A stretch of 64,000 bases of DNA from positions 68,634,001 through 68,698,000 of the forward strand of contig OX597815.1 in assembly GCA_951406725.2 (NCBI GenBank), written 5' to 3'. Both the position numbers and the translations under genes were made by a program. The stretch comes from Octopus vulgaris (taxonomy: Eukaryota). The notes under the pieces were generated by a model, which worked only from the letters and a program-made list of their open reading frames with translations, searched no databases and was not told the origin of the DNA. This document shows positions 1-15,008 of this stretch, one piece after another; the first letter of the stretch is position 1; each line of letters starts with the position of its first letter.

Positions 1-27
1 ATAAGTAGCGAAAAACTGTTGGAACAG

Positions 28-402
28 AACCATTGACTTTAAGGCAGCATGACAAAACAGATATATAATAATTCTGATGATGATTTTACACATATATGCA
101 TAATTGTGTGTGTGTGTGTGTATGTAAATAGATAATTAAGAAATTATGATAGAAAACAGAGTTCTATACTCTTCAGTAGCAGTTGTATATTAAAACAATT
201 TAACATTAATCTTGAACAAAACCATTGACTTTAAGGCAGCATGAAAAAACAGATATATAATAATTCTGATGATGATTTTACTCATATATGCATAATTGTG
301 TGTGTGTGTAAATAGATAAAATAAGAAATTATGATAGAAAACAGAGTTCTATACTCTTCAGTAGCAGTTGTATATTAAAACAATTTAACATTAAGCTTGA
401 AC
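28..402. repeat. Tandem duplication of ~190-bp unit (28-217, 220-402)
   Basis: Two near-identical copies from aaccattgactttaaggcagc to cttgaac, differing mainly in (TG)n length. Confidence 0.95.
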
Positions 403-859
403 GATCACTCAATAAGTTTTAATAAAATTCATGTTTCTTAAACTTTTACAAAGTTGACTGTAACTTTTTAAAATTTCAGATTACCAGTTGTTCACAGACT
501 GTCTGATGATTGCTAGTAAGCCAAAACTTTAAAGGCACAGTCAACATTTCCCTTATAAAAATTTATAAATATGTGTATGTACAAGTAAGTATGTACTTGT
601 GTATGTGTTTGTTAAATCTTTAGTAGAGATACTTCAGGCATATAATTAGACATGAACAAGCAAAAAATGCATATTTAAGGAGACACTTCTTCCCTCGAAT
701 TCAGTGTGTGTGTAAATAGAGAAGCAAGTGTATGTATTTATGTGCTCTGAAACTTTTATGACTGGAAAACAAATAATCATTAGGACAGTAGCCAGATTTT
801 ATTTATTTTATGTTTTGGCATGGCAATGTGGAGGGCTGTTACTCTATGTTGTTATGGGA

Positions 860-897
860 GACAGTGTATGTATATGCATGTGTGTGTGTGTATATAA

Positions 898-931
<34 letters not shown>

Positions 932-1010
932 ATATGTATGTATATATGTGTGTATATGTATGTATATATGTGTGTATATGTATGTATATATGTATGTGTG
1001 TGTATGTATG

Positions 1011-1050
<40 letters not shown>

Positions 1051-1355
1051 ACATATATACATGTATGTGTATGTATGTATATATATATATATATATACAT
1101 GTATGTACATATATACATGTATGTATATGTATGTACATATATGTATGTGTATATATATATATATATATATATACATATGTATGTGTATATATATATATAT
1201 ATATACATATGTTTGTTTTTATATATATATATACATATATGTTTGTTTATATGTATATGTATAAATACATGTGTGTGTGTACATATGTATATAAGTATGT
1301 ATACATATGTGTGTGTATATATGTCTATAAATATGTGTATGTATGTATATATATG

Positions 1356-1386
<31 letters not shown>

Positions 1387-1400
1387 ATATGTATGTATAT
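860..1400. repeat. Compound (TA)n/(TG)n/(TATG)n microsatellite
   Basis: Direct inspection; source of the YIYI ORFs. Confidence 0.97.
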
Positions 1401-1435
1401 AAAACTTATCACTCGTACAGTATAATAACAAATAA

Positions 1436-1537
1436 TTTGGCCTCTAATGCAATTACATTAAGCAACGCTGTCACATTATACATTTAGGGTAATTTATTGT
1501 TACATTCTTTACTTTATCTGTTATGTAATAAATGTGT

Positions 1538-1593
<56 letters not shown>

Positions 1594-2288
1594 ACATATA
1601 CACACAGACATATATATGTGCACATACACATATCCACGTACTTACATATACAAATGTATGCATATAGACACAATACACCAGCACATATATTTATATAAAT
1701 GCAAGTATATATATATATATATATAAATGCCAGGCTCGCCTGACTGGCTCCTATGCCAGTGGCATGTAAAAAGCCCCCACTACACTCTCAGAGTGGTTGG
1801 CATTAGGAAGGGCATCCAGCTGTAGAAACATTGCCAGATCAGATTGGAGCCTGGTGCAACTGCTGGCTCTCCAGACTTCAGTCAAACCATCCAACCCATG
1901 CCAGCATGGAAAACAGACGTTAAACGATGATGATGATTGATGTGTATATATATACACACACACACACATACATACATATACATTTATATACATAAACGTA
2001 TACTTACATATATATATAGATACAGCCACATACACAAACATGTATACATACATGTATACATTTTTATGTATGTATGTATGTATAGGTGTGTGTGTATATA
2101 TATATATATATGTGTGTGTGTATGTCTATATGTATGTATATGTGTGTGTTTATGTCTATATACACATGTATGTATTTAATTTGTGCATGTGTCTATTACA
2201 TAACAGATAAAGTAAAGAATGTATCAATAAATCTCCCTAAATGTATAATGTGACAGCATTGCTTAATATGATTGCATTAGAGGCCAAA
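1436..2288. repeat. ~95-bp inverted repeat pair (1436-1530 / 2194-2288), foldback/MITE-like
   Basis: tttggcctctaatgcaat...tctgttatgtaata is matched by its reverse complement with only a few mismatches. Confidence 0.85.
1729..1938 (+). mobile_element. Solo RTE 3'-module (SINE-like), ending in (GAT)n
   Basis: Matches 18480-18663: cccactacactctc...aggaagggcatccagc...ccatgccagcatggaaa...gatgatgat. Confidence 0.9.
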
Positions 2289-2576
2289 TATATATATGTA
2301 TATATTTTATAATGTGTGTGCGTGCAACTGTGCTTGTCAAGAGACAAAAAACATTCTGAAAACACTATTAGAATTATTGAATGAACTATTATAAATTTTC
2401 TGAAACAAAAAAAAAAAAAGAAATTAAAGCTACTTTGATGGTAGCCAACTATATCCATAAGTGTGTTGTGTGTGTGTGTATTTGAAGATATATGTACGTA
2501 TGATGTACGTATGTATGTATATATGTATAGGATTGTGTGAAAATATATGTGTATACATGCATATAGATATATGTAT

Positions 2577-2612
<36 letters not shown>

Positions 2613-3972
2613 CACCAATGGTTTATCAAAGGAGAATTTATACAACTGACAGACTTTGGAAGTACTAACTCCTTGATTTCCTCAATGTTCTTATTTTCTC
2701 ACAAGCAAATTAGTGATTGCAACCACTAAAACCAGTACTATTAACAGCAGCTGCAATGACTGTTGTATCATGTATAGTCCTACTACATCACCACCACCAC
2801 CACCACCCTACTACATTTATTTTCCTTCGTATATGCTCATCGCACAATTACAGCAGATCATGGCTGTCTTAGATGCCTTGATTGTTTTATTTTGAATCTT
2901 TTATTTGTCACAATTTGGAAATTTTTCTGTTGTTGTTGTTGTCGTCTTTATGCTGTGTGTACACACATACACACACACACACACACAGATATACATGCAT
3001 ACACACTCAAAAAACATGTACACATACGAATATGTCTCTTTGTAAAGACAGAGAAAAAATATATACATTCACACACATATGGGGGAGGACTGGTTTTTTT
3101 TCTTTACATTATTTATCCAAAAGAGAAAGGGATACCCTTAATTTTGCAGGCACACTCCAATTAACGAAGCCTATAAATTTAAAATATATAGGCCTAGCAA
3201 GGCCTATATATATTTAAAATATTTTGGCATATTATAGGGCTGTTTTAATAGAATTATAACACCACAGTCACTGGGTCAAGCAATGTGGTAGGGCATATAG
3301 TATTTATTTATTGGCATCAAACCACAACATACATAGATTAGCATTGAGTCCAGTACTTACATTTTAGTACTCTTACAGGAGCCTTGTTTAGGCATCTAGA
3401 TATTAGCAATGAATCAAGTCCAGTCTTTGGGATCTAGTTTTGGCATTGATGATGTATGAGTGAACTCATCATCATGAGATACCAAATTTATCACCACAAA
3501 TACCTTTACTGCCTCTAAACAAGACATGTTTTATGGTATATTCACCATAGAAAGAAATAGTCTGTTCAGTCAATATCCTCCAATACCAGGACAGATCAAC
3601 ATTGAAAATAAAAGGCTTTTGACAAGTGATATGTGTGTTTACGTGTGTGAGTGTGTATATGTATATGTATGTGTGTGAGTGTGTATATGTGCATGTATAT
3701 GTATGTATGTATGTATGTGTGTGTATGTATATGTATATATACTATATGTATTGTTAAAGAAAGATTTTATAATTATACAATATAAAAATTATAAAAACTG
3801 TGACATTAACTTAAAGAAAAAAAAACAAGTATAAATGTAGTTAAATTTTATTGTTAACCTTATTGATCGTGACTTCAAAGTTTTATCAATGGTGGTGTCA
3901 TCAGATGGACGAGGCCACCATTGGCAAGTATCTGAAATCACTGTCAGTGAAATTGTATATACATACATGCTC

Positions 3973-4033
<61 letters not shown>

Positions 4034-4289
4034 TGTGTATATTTGACTGTGTATGTATATTAGAATGTCATTATTGTTTATTATTATTATTATTATTATT
4101 ACTACTACTATTATTTCCAGCTTTTACATTCTGGTTTCAAATCCAACCATGGTGAACTTTACTTTCTATCGTCTTGAGAGACAATAAAATAAAGCACCAT
4201 ACAAGGATTGATTTAACTCACCCACCCCAACTGAACTTGTGGCTTTGAGCCTATGTTAGACACTTAATTATTATTATCGTTATTATTAT

Positions 4290-4488
4290 TTGGAGAGCTG
4301 GCAGATTCAAAAGAGCATCAGAAAAATGCCATGCATTGTTTCTTCTGGTTCTTTATGTTCTGAGTTCAAGTCCAGCCAAGGTCAACTTTCCCCTTCATCC
4401 TTTGGGGATGGATAAAATAAGTACCAGTCAAGTATTGGGATCAATGGCATTGATTAACCCACCCCCATCAAAATCGTTGGCCTTGTGC

Positions 4489-4492
<4 letters not shown>
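4290..4492 (+). mobile_element. tRNA-derived SINE family A, inserted in (TTA)n
   Basis: gagctggcaga head, ctgagttcaa B-box-like motif, tttcatcc...aaataagtaccag body; similar to 61956-62178. Confidence 0.8.
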
Positions 4493-4526
<34 letters not shown>

Positions 4527-5185
4527 GCTATCTCACAACAAATTTACATAGTTTAGCCCATAAGGGAATTTGAAAGAGAGACATCAACAGAATTGTTATT
4601 CATTTATGTATGTGCCTCTGTGTTATATATGGATATATAGATATACATACATCTGTGTATATGTATCGTATGAGTGTGTGTATGTGTTTGTATTAATGTC
4701 TGTGCATGCTCGTTACAGACAGAAGCAATATCAGGTTTGTTTGTTTTTAATTTTTATTATTGCTCCTAGAAATTTTATTTATTTTTTATTAAAATTCTAA
4801 ATAATTAAAACTTACCAATATTATCATTATTATTATTATCATTTAATATTGTTGATATTATTATTATTATTATTATAACCATCACTGCAATCTTCACATT
4901 ATTATTTGTTAAAATATATTTTAAAATCACAACTGAAATAGTTATAAATAATAACTAAAACAAAAATTTGAAAAAAAAATTTTTTTTCCTTCTTTTACCA
5001 GAAAGTGTTCAAGAGTCTCAGATGTCAAGACATCTGAGCTCTCTATGGATTCGAAACCAGTCTTAGAGCTTGTCGCATTATTTTTCTCTCTCTTTCTGTA
5101 TGTATGTGTGTGTGACTTGTGCCAACACATGAAACTCCTGGCTCTTGAGTCACTCTGTAACTTCTGCTGATTTGAGATATATATA

Positions 5186-5407
5186 TATTATTAACAAAAT
5201 AAATATGTTCTCATATCAACCACTTTACCAATTGGTTTCATACAAGGGTTGAGATAGTCCTTTCCAGACCTCCGGTAACAAAGAACCCATGCCATGCTTT
5301 TCCTTTCATTCTTTTCAGATGATTGTTGAGTTTATCTCAACTCCTGGTATGAAACTAATTGATAAAATGACTGATATGAGAATATAATATTGTGTTCTAT
5401 TAATAAT
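5186..5407. mobile_element. MITE-like element with 50-70-bp imperfect TIRs
   Basis: atgttctcatatc...gttgagata (~5205-5256) is inverted to tatctcaac...gatatgagaatat (~5333-5385). Confidence 0.7.
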
Positions 5408-8043
5408 TATATGCCTACCCTTTTAATCAATATATGAGTGCCTGCTTTTCTCTCTCATGGATCTTTAGATAAATATCAAATATATTGTTTTTAATAGTCA
5501 AATGCAAAGTAGATAAAGCTATAAATAATAACATGTAAATATGGAGTTATAAAAGTCCTTGGATACAAAAATATTGGAGGCTGCCCATGAAACACAAGAT
5601 CCATCTTCTGTAAGCATGCATGACAGATGTTCTGTCCAGCTTTTGACTTTTCTTATCCAAAAGGTTTTTTGATCCAATATTTACACGGTTGTAGCGTTTT
5701 CTACTTTGCATTCCACTGTTATAAACTATTTATTTCATGTCTCCAAAATTTCTAAATTCTTGTGATGTAAACAACACACACACATTTGATGTGTGAGTGT
5801 GTGCATTGTGTATCTGTAGATAGATATTAACAGAGACACACACACACATATACATACAATTGTGTAAATTGAACCATTAAAAGAGTACTTAATATTCAAT
5901 CATTTTATACCTGCTACTACTGAGAAACTGAGTAAACATAGTAAAACTTTCAAGAGTATGAACACATGATAAACTCTAATGTAACTTACTTGGAAACTTC
6001 AGCATGACAAATATCAACATACATACATGCACATATATATATTTGTGTGTGTGTGCATGCATGTGGTTAGATATTCAGATATTTATAGAATTTAACATAA
6101 TTTAAAGGAAAGTATTTGAAAATTCTTGCTGAAAATCTAACCATGCACACTCTAGCAATGCTATTATTTTTACCTTTGAAATTTTGTCTACTGGTATGTG
6201 TGTTAATTTTATTTTGGTCAACTCAGCATCTTGCTACTCTGAGTTTCACCTACGAATATACAGGCTCTTCAGGCAAAACTCAACGTATCAAGTGACTGAC
6301 TCAACCAAAATAAATACATTCTTAATCTCTACTATGTTATTGAGTACTCATTCTTCCCTAAGTCAACATTAAATACTTATAAAATTTGTGTTAACTGCGA
6401 CTTTAAGTTTGCTTGATGACTTATTCAATCAGATGAAACTTAAAATCTCAGGTGACATTGATTTTATTTATAAATTTGACTCTACTCTCAATATAGAGTC
6501 ACCATCACCACCATCAATAAATGCTTCATTGTTATTCTTAAACTTGCTTTAAAATAATAACTGTCATTGTGCATACATACAAATGTGTATATGTACAGGA
6601 AAAGAAGCTTTTTTTTAAAGGAGGAATAGAAGTATTAAGAAGTTAAAATGCACTTGAACTCTTTGAAAAAATTCATATACAACTTCACCAGTTTCATAAT
6701 TTTCAAACATAGTGTGAAGTTACTATATGCAGCATTCTCACTTCTATCAATAAATCATCCACTCTCTTCACATCTTTGAAGTCATGTGAAATAAGAGATC
6801 CCTTTCTTCAGGAAGGCCATCATTAATATATGTATTTAACCCATGCTAGCATGGAAAAAGGGATGTAAAAAATGAATGCACGAACAAATGAAGTGTAAGA
6901 TAGAGATCTGGAGCTATAGCATTATTTATCTCAACTTGGTAAATCTAAATGAATCTTTTTAAAGGCTCCAAGTGCATTTTCAACCTCTTTTCATGTATGT
7001 ATGTATATTGTATACACACACATATATAACAGTCAATATCTTGAAGTTTCTTGTAAAAAGTACTTTCACCGATTGGTGGTGTGAGCATTGTATTGTAATG
7101 GCTTAATCCAGATTAGGTTGATCTATAACTTCAAAATGAAATCCAGAATCTGAGATTATCAACAATATGTTGGCATAATTAAGTCTTCAGTCAAGTTTGG
7201 TAAGTTTCAGTGATTACAAACAGTGACATATCTAACTCATCCATCCATCTTCTCCATCCACTATTTCTATGTGGGTTGTAAGGGTAGAGTCCTCAGGCAC
7301 TTCTTCCAAAGAGTCCTATCAGAAGCAACTATCATTACACTTTCCAGCTGTTTCACAAGTGACAAAAAGAGACTATATAGATATTATACCAACCATCACG
7401 TTCTTAGTCTACCCCTAGGACTTCTGCCATTTGGCCCAGCTTAATGAAGTTGTTTTGCAATCCATTCCTGCAACATTCTAATCACATGCCCATAGTATCA
7501 AAGTTGTAACTCTCAATGCAGAGAAGTAGTGGCTTGACCAGGAGAGACTCCAGAATCTCTAAGCTATGCAACAACATATGACAAATGAATGCCTTTATGG
7601 AGATCTCCTGAAAGTTAGTGAGAAGATCAAGCAAAGACAGCTGTGACTATCTATTCTGCATCCACCACTCTGAAGTGGGAGCATCCAAATTAGTCTTGTG
7701 GAACCGACTTCGTGGTTATTTAAGAAGAGGAAAACATTGTTAGATATACATCAACAACATGATTGCAGACACTGACCTGGAATGTATCTAGGATCTTGAG
7801 GCAGTGAAGTTGGACTGAGAGATGTGGCAAGTGGACTTTGTTGCTGCCGCCTGGGTTAGAACCCAGCCCCATAAAAAAGCTATGCACACTGTTGAGTAAC
7901 ATTACTCCAGATATCCTATGAAGTAACTCCATTTTGGTTGCATGTATTTCTGACCATATTCTTTCTGCCAGTCCAACATTCATAGCTATATGTGAGGACA
8001 GGCATAAAAACTGAAGTGAAAATAACAAGTGTCTTATCTAATG

Positions 8044-8536
8044 CAGTGGTTCTTAATCGTTTTTGACCTTGTACTGCATTGAACAATTAAAAAAATTACT
8101 GATATACTTTGCATGAAAAGTTAAAATACTGTTTTAACATAAAAAATATTTTTAAAAAAATATAGTAAACTATTGCTTCCTCCATTTTGTTAATCATACT
8201 TGAGTAAAAGACAGTTCATGGCAGACATGTTAGAGGTATTTAGCTACAGTTCTTTACATTCTGAGTTCAAATCTTGCCAAAGTTGACTTGATTTTTCATC
8301 CTTTTGAAGTTAATAAAATAAGTGCTAGCCAAGTACTTTGGTCAATAGAAATCAACTGTTCCCTCCTCAAATTTCTGACCTTATGCCAGTATAAGAAATC
8401 ATTAATTCTGCTTGAATTTAAGAAACTTATGAATTACATGTTTTATCAAGACTCTAGCATTAGTAGAAATTTTCTAAAAGCTTAAATTATAAATTATACT
8501 TTAATAAATCCACATGACATCATTCAAGAACCACTA
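8044..8536. mobile_element. hAT/Charlie-like non-autonomous element interrupted by a SINE A copy (~8215-8395)
   Basis: cagtggttcttaa ... ttcaagaaccact termini. Confidence 0.5.
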
Positions 8537-10717
8537 AGCTTTTGTTTGAGGCTTTTGCTTAGTCTGAAAAATTAGAATGGATCTACCCCATGCCAGCATG
8601 GAAAGTGAACATAAAATGATGATGATTCAAATCCTGTGAAGATCAGCTTTGTCTTTCATCCTTTCAAGGTTAATAAAATAAAGTACTAGCCAGCAATCAA
8701 CTTATAACCTCCTGTCATCTTATAGTTTTCACTGTTTCCTTCTCCTAAAAATTCTTTCACTTTTTATCTCCCATCACTCTCATACTCTCTCTCTCTCTCC
8801 CCTTTCACTTCCCCAACCAATCTTCTATTCACTTTCTCAAATACAATCGCCTTAAATGAACAGAGATTATGATGTAAAACCGAAAAAACAATGTCCTTAG
8901 TGTTGTTTGAATAAGGATTGGTTTGGACCATGTTTGCTTGGAAAGTGGACATAGAATTACAGTGATAATCATCATCTTTATTTCATATATAATAAACACA
9001 TCAATATTTTACACTTATATTCCATATTGGGATGAATTGGATGTGGAAATATCTATCTATCTATACACACACACACACAATATAGATTTTCAGACATTTC
9101 CTTCTATCCTTTTCATTCATAAGGAACTAGTCATATTGAGACTGTTATAGACAACAGTTGCCTATAGCACCATGCTGAAAGAATGAATCCAAAACCAACT
9201 AGTTGCAAAATGAATTTCTTAACCACAGTAGTGCACTTCGCTACCAGTTGATTTCAAGTTCATTCCTGCAGCATGGCACCAGGGCCAACTGTTGTCTACA
9301 ACATTCTTGAGATGATCTATGCTTTGTGAATGAAAATAGTAGAAGAAAACTATAGGAGCCTGACATGCACATGTATAAACGACAGAGATATCTGGCAGTC
9401 TCATGAAGACCCATCCACCACAGCAGAATTGATATTGGTGCCACATAAAAGGCATCTAGCCATAGGAACCATGCCAGGACAAACAATGGAGCCTGATGTG
9501 GCTCCCACAGAGAAATATAGACTCTTGTCCATCCTAACAGTTAAGAGATCTTGTTTAACAGAATTATGTCCTCTGTAGCCTATTACATTTGTTCCACCAA
9601 TGAAGTACAAAGAAAATCCAGTAGAACAATATCAGGATTGTGATAATATAAGTGAATAGCTGTTTCTTATCAGGTAAGTAGCCTGTTATTTGGAGATTAT
9701 CTACAGAGAGATAGAACTTTAATTACTGGCTGGAGTTCTGTGGTACTTTCTCAAAACCTTCTCATGGTAAAAAGGAAAGTGGTAGATCAATAAAACACTA
9801 CAATCAATTTGCTACTTTCCAAGAGCTTACAAATGCCATGGATGACAGAGGAATGGAAAATGCATGTCAGCAATCTGAGAAATTATCATTCCACTAACTT
9901 AGAAAGTGAGAGATACTGTTTACTTCATTAAAAGCTATTTGCTATTGGAATATTTTGAATTTTGGAGAGAGAGAAATAATCCCAAGAAAACTAATAAATA
10001 CCAAACAAAAGTACATAACAGTCAAAAAGACAACACTCACCATTTATTGTAGAAAACTGAATTCAGTGACTCACATTTTCCCACCCAGTTCTCTGTAGAA
10101 AATTGGCTGTCTTTTTTTTCCTTGATATTGGTCATTAAATGCAATTCTAAGTATTTTAACCCTTTTGTTACTATATTACTGTTCAAGTACACTGTTTTTA
10201 TATCAGTTGAGAATGTAGAAATAGTATGTTGAAATGTAGCTGTGACCATTTAATCTTTTTCAAACTAGCCTAAAACTATATTATCTAATGTGTCCTACCC
10301 TTTTTTAAGATGATAGGCTATAATTTGAGAGAAATTTTGCTATTTCTAGCACATCAAGCAACCAAATCAAAACACCCTCATTTGTTTTGAGTGTCATAGT
10401 TAAGTTTGCTCAAACTCATCAAAAATTGCCAGGCACTGGTATTTGATTGGCATGAATCATAGGCAAACACAAAAACCTGACTTAAATCTAATATACAGCA
10501 GTTAAGGTTGCTGACTGAATAGCATTTTATCTCGTCTTTTATTTATTCAAGGATACCTAGTTATCTCCCTTGATATGTCTCCTAATTCATTTCTTGTCTG
10601 TGCAATTGATTTAAAACACTGAAACACAATTTATATTTGTTACCAAGATGTCAGTTAGAACTTTTCCCTAATTTGTTTATTTGAAAAAATAAATCTATGC
10701 AGTTTGAAAGACATTCT

Positions 10718-10940
10718 TTAACCCTTTCCATACCAGCCTGTCTGAGATTGCTCCTGGTTCTATGATACAAACTACTTGTTTTAAAGTGATCTAAAAACCT
10801 TCCATCAAAATTTCATGTTCATTTATGTTCTAAATTAAAACATAATAATGACTAAGTTACTTTATTAAATTCATTATTTTCAAAATTAAATGCAACAAAA
10901 GCAGTGCATTTCAAAAGAAATATGGCACCAAAAATGTTTT
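10718..10940 (+). mobile_element. piggyBac-type MITE family A
   Basis: ttaaccctttc start; body shared with 30991-31430 and 60960-61097. Confidence 0.6.
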
Positions 10941-12546
10941 TTAAAAAATAATTTTTTGAAGCTAGCAATTGTTTTAACCAAAGCAAACAGCGACATTTCT
11001 ATGTTGTGAATTTCAAACTTGGAAGAAGCTCAAGTGGTCTTTTTCATTATTACATTTTATACTCGGAGGCTACATAGTAACGTCTACATTTCAATATTGA
11101 CATTTAAAAGGTTTTGAGCACTGTCCAATTTGTTACAAATATTCATGCCTGGTTTCCAGGTCTAAGGAGAACCTTCCAACCAATCACAATGACCCTAAAA
11201 AAGAATCATGGTCATTGTAACTCTTCTTACTTGTTTGACTCAGTCATCATCATTTTATGTCCTTTTCCATTCTGGCACAAATTGGAGAGGCTGACATGGT
11301 CAGAATTAGCTTGTATTTAAGATACTACTTCAGTAGATGGGTCTGGGGACCTCGTCATCATCATTATCATTTAATGTCCATTTTCCATGTTGGCAGGATA
11401 GTTTGACAGGAGCTGAAGACCTACCCAGGCTCCATGTCTGTTTTGAAATGGTTTTTACAGTTGGATGCTTTCCTAACACCAACCACTTTACTGAGTGTTT
11501 ATGTGGTACCAATACAGGTGCGTTTTATGTGACACCAGCACCCAAGAGTCTGCAAGACTGGGATTGCTCAGCTGGAGGGGGATGCTGGGAATAAGCCTGT
11601 ATGCAAAGACAACTACGTTTTTACTTAGCTTGGCATGTCTTCTCAAGCACAGCAAACCACCAGGAGTTTCAGTCCCATCATCCCCTCTGTAAGTTTCAAC
11701 ATCTGTAGATCCTTTCTCATCACTTTGTCCTACATGTTCCCATTCATCTCATTTCATTTGTAATTCCTTTTGGCTTGGCTCCTCCAACCAAAAGCATATA
11801 TACACAAGGAGTGGGTGCTGTTCCCAATATATGACATGTATAATTAGTAAATCATAAGTGATAGAGTTTCAGAGATAATTGTTAAGATGTTAACATGTGG
11901 CTAGTCAGTGAGTTAATGACTGACCACATTAACTGAGTGGCAAAAACAATTGCCAAGATGTCTAAGTCAGGCTGAGACTACATTTAAGTTATATTTTTCA
12001 TTTTTGCTTTCAGTCAGTATGGAGAGCAATGCTCAATAGCTGTTAAAGGGCCTCTGAGACTTGAAGGGAGGGAAATATCCGTAAGCTGGAGATCTGACTG
12101 AAATGATTGCAACAGAAGAGACTGCTAAAGTCATCAAAGGTGCCAAGTGGTGGTGTTAAACCAGGTGATGGATTAAATCTACGTTCAAGTTAGACCATGG
12201 CAGGATTTGAACTTAGAACACAAAGAGCTTAAATAAATACCTACTGCTAGGCATCTGGACTGACATTCTTACAGCTCAACCAATCCATTATGTTGATAAG
12301 TAAGAAAGATTTGAGAGAGAATAGGAGAATAGAGAGACATATACAAATAGATAGCAAGTATATAATGGTATGTTATTTTCAAACATGTGTCTGATGCAGT
12401 TGTGGCTGAGTGGTTAAGAAGTTTGCTTCCCAACCACAAGGTTTCAAGTTCAATGGTGGTAATGTATTTTAATATGACCCCATGGCAAACAGTAGAAACA
12501 ATTACAAGGGAAGAGGTTTTAGATCTGTAATCCATGATACTGAGAG

Positions 12547-13113
12547 AGAGAAAAACCAAATCATGTTCAGTTGGAGGGGGATGCTTGAGTTTCTTCAAAA
12601 GTTCCATAGCACAGTCTTTCCTCTTGTCTTTGATGGCTTGGGATAAAAATTGGCCCTTTCTCATCTAATAGAAAACCCAAATGTCTTCATGCACTACCTG
12701 CCTTATAAGAAACTCAGACACTCGCAATTCCCTGGCAATGTCCCTGATTGACTTGGAGGAATCGTCAATCATGGCCTGGATCTCACCAACAAATTCAGGA
12801 GTTCTTTCAGAATGATCAGAGTGAGTTTTCCAAGCTGCCATACCTTTGTAATCACCATAGACTCATCCAACTCTTCCCGAATCCTCTGCTCTGTCCTCAG
12901 ATTGACACCCAAACACTTTGAAATGTTCATATTGGAGCTTTCAGCATGAATGTCAAGCAGTATAGCAAATTTCTGGTTGAACGAATTGCATCATGGTGCT
13001 GTCTTTCCCACAGATTGCCCAACTGACCCTTCTATACTGTGTAATCAACAAAATCAAAAATAATGTGCAAAATTGAAAATATAAAATGGCAACAATTTAC
13101 CCATTGCACCCTG
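12547..13113 (-). mobile_element. Degenerate Tc1/mariner (maT/DD37D-like) transposon, 5' part
   Basis: TA-cagggtgcaatggg TIR-like end at 13113; relic peptide MRKGQFLSQAIKDKRKDCAMELLKKLKHP. Confidence 0.65.
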
Positions 13114-13929
13114 TATATATATAGAAGAGCATCAAGCCATATATATATATCATCATCATCATCAACACCCGTCTTCCATGCTGACAAGGGTTGGATTGTT
13201 TGACCAGAGCTAGTAAGGTCAGGGACTGCACCAGGCTCCATTGTTTGTTCTGGCATAGCTTCTATGGTTTGATGCTCCTCCTAATGCCACTCCACAGTGT
13301 ACTGAGTGCTTTTTATGTGGCACCAGCACCAGTGCTTTCAACTAGGCACCAGTGCAAGTGCTATGTTAAAAGCATTGGTGCACAGTGAATAGTGAGATTC
13401 AGAAGGATGACTTGTGTATTCATGGATTCACGAATATTTGTCAAAAAAGCTATTCTGCGACAAACATGACAGATTAGCATAGCTGTGTTTGAATGTGCCA
13501 GAACATATTGGTTTCAAATTTTGGCATAAGGCCAGCAAGTTCAGGGGAAGGAGTAAGTTGATTGCATCAACCTGTCCTCAACTGGTACTTATTTTATCAG
13601 CCCCAAAAGGATAAAAGGTTAAGTTGACCTTGGTGGAATTTGAACTGAGAATGTAAAGATAGACAAAATGCCGCCAAGCATTTTGCCTCACATGCTAACG
13701 ATTCTGCTAGTTCGCCATCTAACCTGCCAGAACATTAAGAATAATATGTCATTGTATTATGTTGGGTTTTTTTTTTCACTTGTTTCACTCATTGGACTGA
13801 AGCCATGCTTGGAGCACCACCTTAAAGAGTTAAGTAAATCAACCCCAGAACTTTTTTTTTATGGTACTTATTCTATCAGTCTCTTTTTACAAAACTACTA
13901 TGCTCCATCATCATTTGGTTGAGCTCACT

Positions 13930-14440
13930 CAGACATTTTTATCCTGCACATACCATCCATCTTGGTCCTGCATTAGTTGAGAGAGGTCTTCAAGGAAGCA
14001 TCCAGTGACTCTGTTGAGTTGATCTACATACATCATGTTCAGATGGCCATCTTGAGTACAGCCATGCTTTGGCATCCATAGCAGTAGGTCACTTTGCCAG
14101 CTCTTGTACAGCTTGCCAGCAACATTCCACAAAATGTAAGTACCTTCCCCTTATGATGTTGGAAGCAGGCAGATCTCCAAACAGCTGTTTCTTAGCAGGA
14201 TGAATTCTCCAAGATATTTTTAAGACTGTTCTTAACATTCAGGTGTAAGTTCCATCTAACTTGGATTAGTGTTTTGGTTAACATCCAGGCTGTTGCTCCA
14301 TATAAAAAGATTGACTCTATTGCTGCATGGAAAAAAATTCCTCTTAAGGTTGTCTGACAGGGTTGATTTCCAGATAACATCCAGTCTGTTTAGAGCTGAC
14401 CATATTTTGGCTGAGTGTTTACATCCTTTTCAGGGCCATT
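13930..14440 (-). mobile_element. Old LINE 3' coding relic (RTE-like)
   Basis: FFHAAIESIFLYGATAWMLTK peptide, typical of the region downstream of non-LTR RT. Confidence 0.6.
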
Positions 14441-15008
14441 AACAAACCAACAAACCTGAGGTCAAAGAATGAGGGGAAACAAACATGTACATACATACAT
14501 ATGCATATGCAACAGGGTTCCACACAATTTCTCTCTACCAAATTCACTCACAAGGCATTGGTTGCCTCAAAGCTATGGTAGAAGATACCTCTTCAAGATA
14601 TTGTGCAGTGGGATTGAACCTGAAACCATGTAGTTGTGAAGTAAACTTCTTACATACACAGTCATACCTGTTCCCATTCAAAGATAAAATTACACTAAAA
14701 GGAAACTCAAGATGTTAATTTTTACACAATGTCACAGCCGATTGAATCAATCCCAGTACATGACAGATATGTATTTTATCCAGTTCGGAAGGATGAAATG
14801 CAAAGTGAATGTCTATACCAAGGGGGACATAACTGCACACTGCAACACATTTTGTTAGATACCCTACCAACTGTCAACCACTTTATATATTATCAATTTG
14901 ACATATTTTCTTAGTGTCAACAATACAGTTTTCTGCTGTGTACACATACACACACAAATATAAAAACACGTGTGAGAACATATAAACAAAATTATATTTT
15001 CTTTTCAG

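Noticed and set aside
728-2645. Many long YIYI/CVCV ORFs (also at 23511-24630)
   Set aside because: Translations of dinucleotide microsatellites that lack stop codons
5319-5346. Apparent plus-strand microexon (cag|ATGATT...CCTG|gtatga)
   Set aside because: Overlaps the TIR of a MITE-like element; no other support
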